DNA from: an uncultured virus (IMG/VR IMGVR_UViG_3300037067_013436)
Taxonomy: Duplodnaviria > Heunggongvirae > Uroviricota > Caudoviricetes
IMG/VR virus record: IMGVR_UViG_3300037067_013436
Reading direction: 5' to 3' (one strand)
Length of the DNA stretch: 64,000 nucleotides
Positions 58,900 through 64,000 of this stretch are shown piece by piece. How positions within the stretch are numbered: the first letter of the stretch is position 1; the number at the start of each line of letters is the position of its first letter. The position numbers and the translations under genes are program-made. The notes under the pieces were generated by a model. The model ran no database searches. It was not told where the DNA came from and saw only the letters and a program-made list of their open reading frames with translations.

Positions 58900-60045
58900 T
58901 TAGAATTTGTTGAAATGTCGTGAGAGTGGAAAATCAACTGGGATGTCAACGCCTGGTGCACCAAGTTTTAAAATGTAATTGTAATTCGCTGGTATACCAT
59001 ATATCACACCGTTCGCAGCCAAAACGCCACCATGCCATTTATAGCTAGCAGAGAAAGTTCCTAGTGTCAATGCTGTAGCTGCGTCTGTTGTTGGATCGAT
59101 CTTCAAAATTGTTCCGATATTCCATGGCATACCATAAATCATCCCATTTGGTGCAAGTACGCCGCCGGCCCATTTAGCTGAACCTGCAAAATTGCCGAAT
59201 GTTGTGGCTGTGTCTGTCGTTGGGTCAATCTTTAACACAGCCGTGTTTTCTTGCGGTATGCCATAAATCATGCCATTTGGAGCTAAGACACCGCCAGTCC
59301 ATTTATAATTTCCAGATAAACTACCAAACGTTGTAACTGTATCTGTGGTTGGATCGATTTTCAATACTGTTGTGGCATTGAACGGTATTCCATAGATGCA
59401 TCCATTCGGAGCCAACACACCGCCGTTCCACTTGAAATATGTAGCACCTAGATCGCCAAAAGTCGTAATGGCATCTGTGGTTGGATCAATCTTGAGCACG
59501 GTAGCACCAGTATCCGGCATTCCATAAATCATGCCGTTTGGAGCTAAGACGCCACTTAGCCATTTTGCAGCGCCCTGTAGATTCCCGAATGTTGTGACTG
59601 TATCTGTTGCGGTATCGATTTTCAATACAACAGTGCTGTCACATGGAATACCATAAATTACGCCATTTGACGCCATAACTCCGCCATACCATTTAGCAGT
59701 ATCAGATCCTAAATTGCCGAATGTGATCGCACTATCGGTAGATGGATCTATCCTTAGTATTGTTGCGCTGCTGTACGGTATCCCATAAATCAAACCACTC
59801 GGTGCTAAGATGCCACCCATCCATTTATCTGCATCAGTCAACAGACTACTATTTGTAAATATGGTGGCGACTTGCTGCGAGCATGCTGCATTAATCGATG
59901 CTCGCATAGAGAAAGCTTGCCGCGTTTGTGCCCAAGAAAGACTGTTTATCGTCCACAGCGGAAAATTGCCATGATTAACAATATCATTGCTAGGCAATGT
60001 TTGTATTTTGTTGTCTGACGATATTAATGGTTTCTGGTATGCCAT
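58900..60045 (-). CDS. Beta-propeller repeat protein, paralogue 2
   Basis: Same repeats; first 26 aa identical to paralogue 1. Confidence 0.85.
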   Translation of the reverse strand: MAYQKPLISSDNKIQTLPSNDIVNHGNFPLWTINSLSWAQTRQAFSMRASINAACSQQVATIFTNSSLLTDADKWMGGILAPSGLIYGIPYSSATILRIDPSTDSAITFGNLGSDTAKWYGGVMASNGVIYGIPCDSTVVLKIDTATDTVTTFGNLQGAAKWLSGVLAPNGMIYGMPDTGATVLKIDPTTDAITTFGDLGATYFKWNGGVLAPNGCIYGIPFNATTVLKIDPTTDTVTTFGSLSGNYKWTGGVLAPNGMIYGIPQENTAVLKIDPTTDTATTFGNFAGSAKWAGGVLAPNGMIYGMPWNIGTILKIDPTTDAATALTLGTFSASYKWHGGVLAANGVIYGIPANYNYILKLGAPGVDIPVDFPLSRHFNKF

Positions 60046-60048
60046 GTC

Positions 60049-61164
60049 TTAGAATTTGTTGAAGTATCTAGACAAGCAGAAATCGATCGGAACGTCGTCC
60101 AAAGCGGTGCCTATTTTCAAGATCGAAGTTGCACCATTCGGTATCCCATAAATTATGCCGCTTGGAGTGACAACACAGCCAGCCGAGCTTCCACCAATAG
60201 ACACAGTTCCGAATGTAGTTGCTGTATCTGTAGTTGGATCAATTTTTAAAATTGCTGTACTATTATGTGCTATTCCGTAAATCATGCCGTCTGGAGATAA
60301 AGCCCCACCAACCCATTTTCCTGTCCCAGTCAAGCTACCAAACGTAGTAACAGTATCAGTCGAAGGGTCAATTTTTATTCCTGTTGTTGCATTATACGGA
60401 ATGCCATAGATGCAGCCATTCAGAGCTAAGACGCCACCATTCCATTTATATGTCGTTGCACCGAGGCTTCCAAACGTCGTGACAGTATCGGTGGTTGGAT
60501 CGATTTTGAGAACGGACGGGCTTGTGCTAGGCATCCCATAAATCATACCGTTTGGAGCCAAGACGCCGCCCCACGATATATATGTATATGCTGTTAAACT
60601 ACCAAATGTTGTGAGCGTATCGGTATTTGTGTCGATTTTCAAAATAGGTCCTGCTGCAGCCGGGATACAATAAATGCAGCCATTTGGAGCCACTACGCCA
60701 CCTAAATATGCAATTGCAGTACCAAATGTTGTATATGTGTCTGTCGCAGGATCGATTTTAAGTACTGTTGTTGATCCTCCTGGGATACCATAAATATAAC
60801 CATTCGGAGCTAAGACGCCACCAAACCATTTATTGCCGCTTGCGAAAGATCCGAATGTTGTAGATGTGTCGGTGGCTGGGTCTATTTTTAATATCTCGAT
60901 CCCTGACTCTGGTATGCCATAGATGTATCCATTTGGAGCAAGTACCCCACCACGACAATGCGATGCTGCTGTAGCAAATGAAGATAAAGATTGATTAAAA
61001 GCAGCACGATTTAAACCAACTCTAGTACAGATAGCTTTTTGTATTTGCTGCCACGTCATCTTGTTGCTATCCCAAGCCGGAAAATCACCATGGCTTAGCA
61101 TATCACCACTGGCTAGTGATCCGATTGAGCTCGATTTCTCCACCAACGGCTTTTGATATGGCAT
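60049..61164 (-). CDS. Beta-propeller repeat protein, paralogue 3
   Basis: Start MPYQKPL at 61164 by analogy with MAYQKPL; ends LSRYFNKF. Confidence 0.85.
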   Translation of the reverse strand: MPYQKPLVEKSSSIGSLASGDMLSHGDFPAWDSNKMTWQQIQKAICTRVGLNRAAFNQSLSSFATAASHCRGGVLAPNGYIYGIPESGIEILKIDPATDTSTTFGSFASGNKWFGGVLAPNGYIYGIPGGSTTVLKIDPATDTYTTFGTAIAYLGGVVAPNGCIYCIPAAAGPILKIDTNTDTLTTFGSLTAYTYISWGGVLAPNGMIYGMPSTSPSVLKIDPTTDTVTTFGSLGATTYKWNGGVLALNGCIYGIPYNATTGIKIDPSTDTVTTFGSLTGTGKWVGGALSPDGMIYGIAHNSTAILKIDPTTDTATTFGTVSIGGSSAGCVVTPSGIIYGIPNGATSILKIGTALDDVPIDFCLSRYFNKF

Positions 61165-61166
61165 AA

Positions 61167-62765
61167 TTACACATAAATCGAGTATGTTATTTGAAGTTGG
61201 TCTGTTACTTCCAAGACTATACCAGTGCCAGTGAATACGGCTGTAGCCCAGAGAATGTTGCTTGCTGATTTGTCTGCCTTTGTTTGTGCTGTAGGTCCGG
61301 CAGCCACAAATAGTCCGTTGATTGTACAATCAGCGGTGATAGTATAAAGAGACTTGACAACGTTCGTAATTGTTTGCGCCAATGCAGCATTTTTATTCCA
61401 CATCGGCCTCGTATAAGTACTATTACTGGTGGTGTCAATATATGATGTGCACTCTAACCAATTATTACCTTGCAACGCCGTCAATTCGGCTTGCGGATAC
61501 CATGTTAGCTCATTTGTGGCCGATGTGATATTGATATATTCGAAATTAATCAAATCGGCCGTCTTAACGGCGGACGACACGCGTACCTCGTCCATCGACC
61601 CGGTGAAGAAAAGACTCGTCGTATAACCGCCAATCGCATTACCAGTTCCGGTTGAATGCGTTATCGGATAGTTGCCAGCATAGTTAATTGTTGAATACCA
61701 CTGACCATTGACGTATAACATCGCATCGCCGGTGGCACTATTATATGTCATTACCAGCCACGTCCAAGTTGATAGGCTGATCGGATATTGAAAATCAAAT
61801 GCCCTCCAACCGGCGTTGAGATAAATATAACCTCCAATTTTGCTATCAGTATTGCGACCAACTTCTAGGACATAACCATTATCGAAACCGACTAAATTCG
61901 CGTCTGTATTGTAGGTCGGATTGACCCATGCTTCTACTGTAACATCTGCCACGGTCAGTGATGCGTTGTTTGGGATCGTGATACTTTTATTACTGTCGAA
62001 ATATTCACCATATCCTAATACGCCAGTATTTCTTTCTGGTTGTCTGGTGGTGCTTGTGCTATTATTCGCGTTAATGGTGGAGTCATGATAGTCGCCAGCT
62101 ACACCAGTCCCTATTTCATCGAGATGCCATGCCCCTTTATAATCTGTGCTCCAGGTACTAGCTGCCGCTTCTCCATCTGGTGCATTTGGATTACCGTAGT
62201 AAATGTAAAAGTCCGTTGGCTCTGTGTGGCTGATGAGCGGGATCTGTACCCAAAAGACAGCAGTGACGGCTGAGCCATTCCCACCAGACCAATATTCACG
62301 TTCGTAATTCAACAAAGTAACGCCGTCAACTGCACTGAATCTGATGTCGTACCCAGTAGCCAGCGCCGTTGTCATATCAACATCAGCGTTTATTTTGACA
62401 CAGAGTGGAAAATTGACCAGATCATCAGCGCCGACGTTTGTGTTGTCGATGGTGATTCGTTTGCGGTATTTCCAGTAATATCTCCAAACTGGTAGGCCAG
62501 AAAACGAGCTGGAATATAAATTCAACGCTTGGTATGTGTCGATATCTGAGAGTGTGGAATAGCCGACACTATCGATCAGGCCAACAAACCATTTGGAATA
62601 TTGTGCTCCATCATGAAAATTGGCATCGAGGATACTGTCTTTACCAGCATTTAGAACGCCGTTTGGGATTCGGTAGGAATTAATTACCTTCCCGTGGCGT
62701 AAATGCTCGACGAAGAATTCACCTCTCGGCCTAACGGAATTTTCAGCACTCGACTGTGTTTTCAT
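61167..62765 (-). CDS. Virion protein with DUF2341 and LamG/ConA-like domain
   Basis: WKYRKRITI...GYDIRF...LNYERE.W...FWVQIP...YIYYGNP; TVEAWVNP...FTGSMDEVRVS. Confidence 0.8.
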   Translation of the reverse strand: MKTQSSAENSVRPRGEFFVEHLRHGKVINSYRIPNGVLNAGKDSILDANFHDGAQYSKWFVGLIDSVGYSTLSDIDTYQALNLYSSSFSGLPVWRYYWKYRKRITIDNTNVGADDLVNFPLCVKINADVDMTTALATGYDIRFSAVDGVTLLNYEREYWSGGNGSAVTAVFWVQIPLISHTEPTDFYIYYGNPNAPDGEAAASTWSTDYKGAWHLDEIGTGVAGDYHDSTINANNSTSTTRQPERNTGVLGYGEYFDSNKSITIPNNASLTVADVTVEAWVNPTYNTDANLVGFDNGYVLEVGRNTDSKIGGYIYLNAGWRAFDFQYPISLSTWTWLVMTYNSATGDAMLYVNGQWYSTINYAGNYPITHSTGTGNAIGGYTTSLFFTGSMDEVRVSSAVKTADLINFEYINITSATNELTWYPQAELTALQGNNWLECTSYIDTTSNSTYTRPMWNKNAALAQTITNVVKSLYTITADCTINGLFVAAGPTAQTKADKSASNILWATAVFTGTGIVLEVTDQLQITYSIYV

Positions 62766-62781
62766 AATATAAATTTGTCAT

Positions 62782-63999
62782 TTAGAGCTTGTTGTAATGC
62801 CTTGACAGGCAGAAATCAACCGGCACGTCATCCAGTGCGTAACCAATTTTCACGATCGTTGTGGCGGTGAATGGTATTCCATAGAGAATACCGCTCGGAG
62901 CCAAGATTACGCCAGCCCATTTTGTGGCACCAGAACCAAGAGCTCCGAAAGTTGCAGCTGTATCGTTTGTTGGGTCGATTCTCAGTACTGTGGCTATACC
63001 TGTGCTATGTGGTGGAGCATAAATCATACCGTTCGGAGCCAATGCCCCAGCCATCCATTTATATGTTGTAGCACCAAGAGCACCGAAATAAGTGGCTGTA
63101 TCTGTTGTTGTATCGATCTTCAAGAATGTTGCGGCGCTACACGGTATTCCGTAAATCATTCCATTTGGTGCTAGAACTCCATTATTCCATTTTGCTGCAC
63201 TAGCACCAAGACTACCAAATGTCGTAGCCGTATCTGTATCTGGATCGATCTTTAGGACTGTTGCACTTGTATAAGGTGTACCATAAATGCATCCATTTGG
63301 AGCGAGACAACCGCCGACCCATTTTAATCCGGCACCGAGACTACCAAATGTTGTAGCTGTGTCTGTAGTCGGATCGATCTTCAAGACTGTTGTGCTGTTG
63401 CACGGAATGCCATAAATCATACCATTCGCAGCCAAAACCGCACCCGCCCAATCGCTAGCACCAGCGCCGATCCCATCGGCAAATGTCGTTGATGTGTCCG
63501 TGGCCGGATCGATCTTCAAAATTGCGGTGCTGTCAGTAAAAGGGACGGCATAGATGTAACCGTTAGGAGCGAGCACACCACCATACCATTTTGCATTACC
63601 GGCATAGGTATCAAACGTCGTTGCCGTATCTGTGGTTGGATCGATCTTTAAGATCGAGTTTGATGCGTACGGAATACCATAAATGTAACCATTCGTTGCT
63701 AGTACACCTCCAAACCATTTATTTCCACCTGCTAATGACCCAAATACTGTGGCAACTTGATTAAAGCATGCCGCATTTGCTTCAGCTCTAATATTGATAG
63801 CTTGTCGTGTTTGAGTCCAAGCTAGGCTATTAGTATCCCATAGTGGAAAGTCGCCGTGGTTTACAACATCAACGTCAGTCAATTTTTGTATTGTACCGGA
63901 CTTCACAACCATTGGCTTTTCATATTCTGGTGCAGCCGCATCTACGAGAGGGCTGGCGATTTGACCTAACACTAACGTATTCGATCCATCTAAGTCGTA
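62782..63999 (-). CDS. Beta-propeller repeat protein, paralogue 4 (5' end beyond window)
   Basis: Same repeats and C-terminus; frame stays open to the window edge. Confidence 0.85.
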   Translation of the reverse strand, partial: YDLDGSNTLVLGQIASPLVDAAAPEYEKPMVVKSGTIQKLTDVDVVNHGDFPLWDTNSLAWTQTRQAINIRAEANAACFNQVATVFGSLAGGNKWFGGVLATNGYIYGIPYASNSILKIDPTTDTATTFDTYAGNAKWYGGVLAPNGYIYAVPFTDSTAILKIDPATDTSTTFADGIGAGASDWAGAVLAANGMIYGIPCNSTTVLKIDPTTDTATTFGSLGAGLKWVGGCLAPNGCIYGTPYTSATVLKIDPDTDTATTFGSLGASAAKWNNGVLAPNGMIYGIPCSAATFLKIDTTTDTATYFGALGATTYKWMAGALAPNGMIYAPPHSTGIATVLRIDPTNDTAATFGALGSGATKWAGVILAPSGILYGIPFTATTIVKIGYALDDVPVDFCLSRHYNKL

Positions 64000-64000
64000 A

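Noticed and set aside
57757..63999. Diversity-generating retroelement acting on the propeller genes
   Set aside because: No reverse transcriptase in the window and no template/variable repeat pair differing only at adenines was seen.
1..64000. Stop-codon reassignment as in some jumbo phages
   Set aside because: Recognisable genes (thyX, dut, tmk, lemA, capsid) are intact in the standard code, and TAG, TGA and TAA all end genes at expected positions.
1..64000. tRNA/rRNA genes, introns, inteins, transposases, integrase
   Set aside because: None recognised by eye; a tRNAscan/Infernal run is needed to exclude them.

Overview
This window is from a large T4-like or jumbo dsDNA phage read with the standard genetic code. 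The host is probably a planctomycete/PVC bacterium (inference). It begins in the 3' end of a gp23-type major capsid gene. Next comes an early/accessory region of small ORFs with HNH-like nucleases, a 1.3-kaa SF2 helicase with 8 tandem repeats, a GHKL-ATPase operon, LemA/TPM membrane genes, Nudix and thyX. The rest holds virion genes (collagen/VWA fibre-like proteins, an acidic head protein, a gp2-like protein, four beta-propeller paralogues) and nucleotide genes (dut, tmk, an adenosine deaminase-like gene). The standout is 12558-14882. A lone Cas7/RAMP-like gene is followed by a ~1.06 kb non-coding array. In it, 10 hairpin repeats (GTGCCAATGGCAC-ATTTACAAATCAAG, the first degenerate) separate 9 tracts built almost entirely of GGY-NN pentamers, and a further ORF follows. 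This is not a canonical CRISPR. It looks like an RNA-guided system whose information lies in the variable dinucleotides, and it matches my unverified recollection of recently reported VIPR-type viral systems. An 830-aa sigma70-like protein with a Zn-finger insertion is also notable. All calls come from motif reading by eye; no searches were run.
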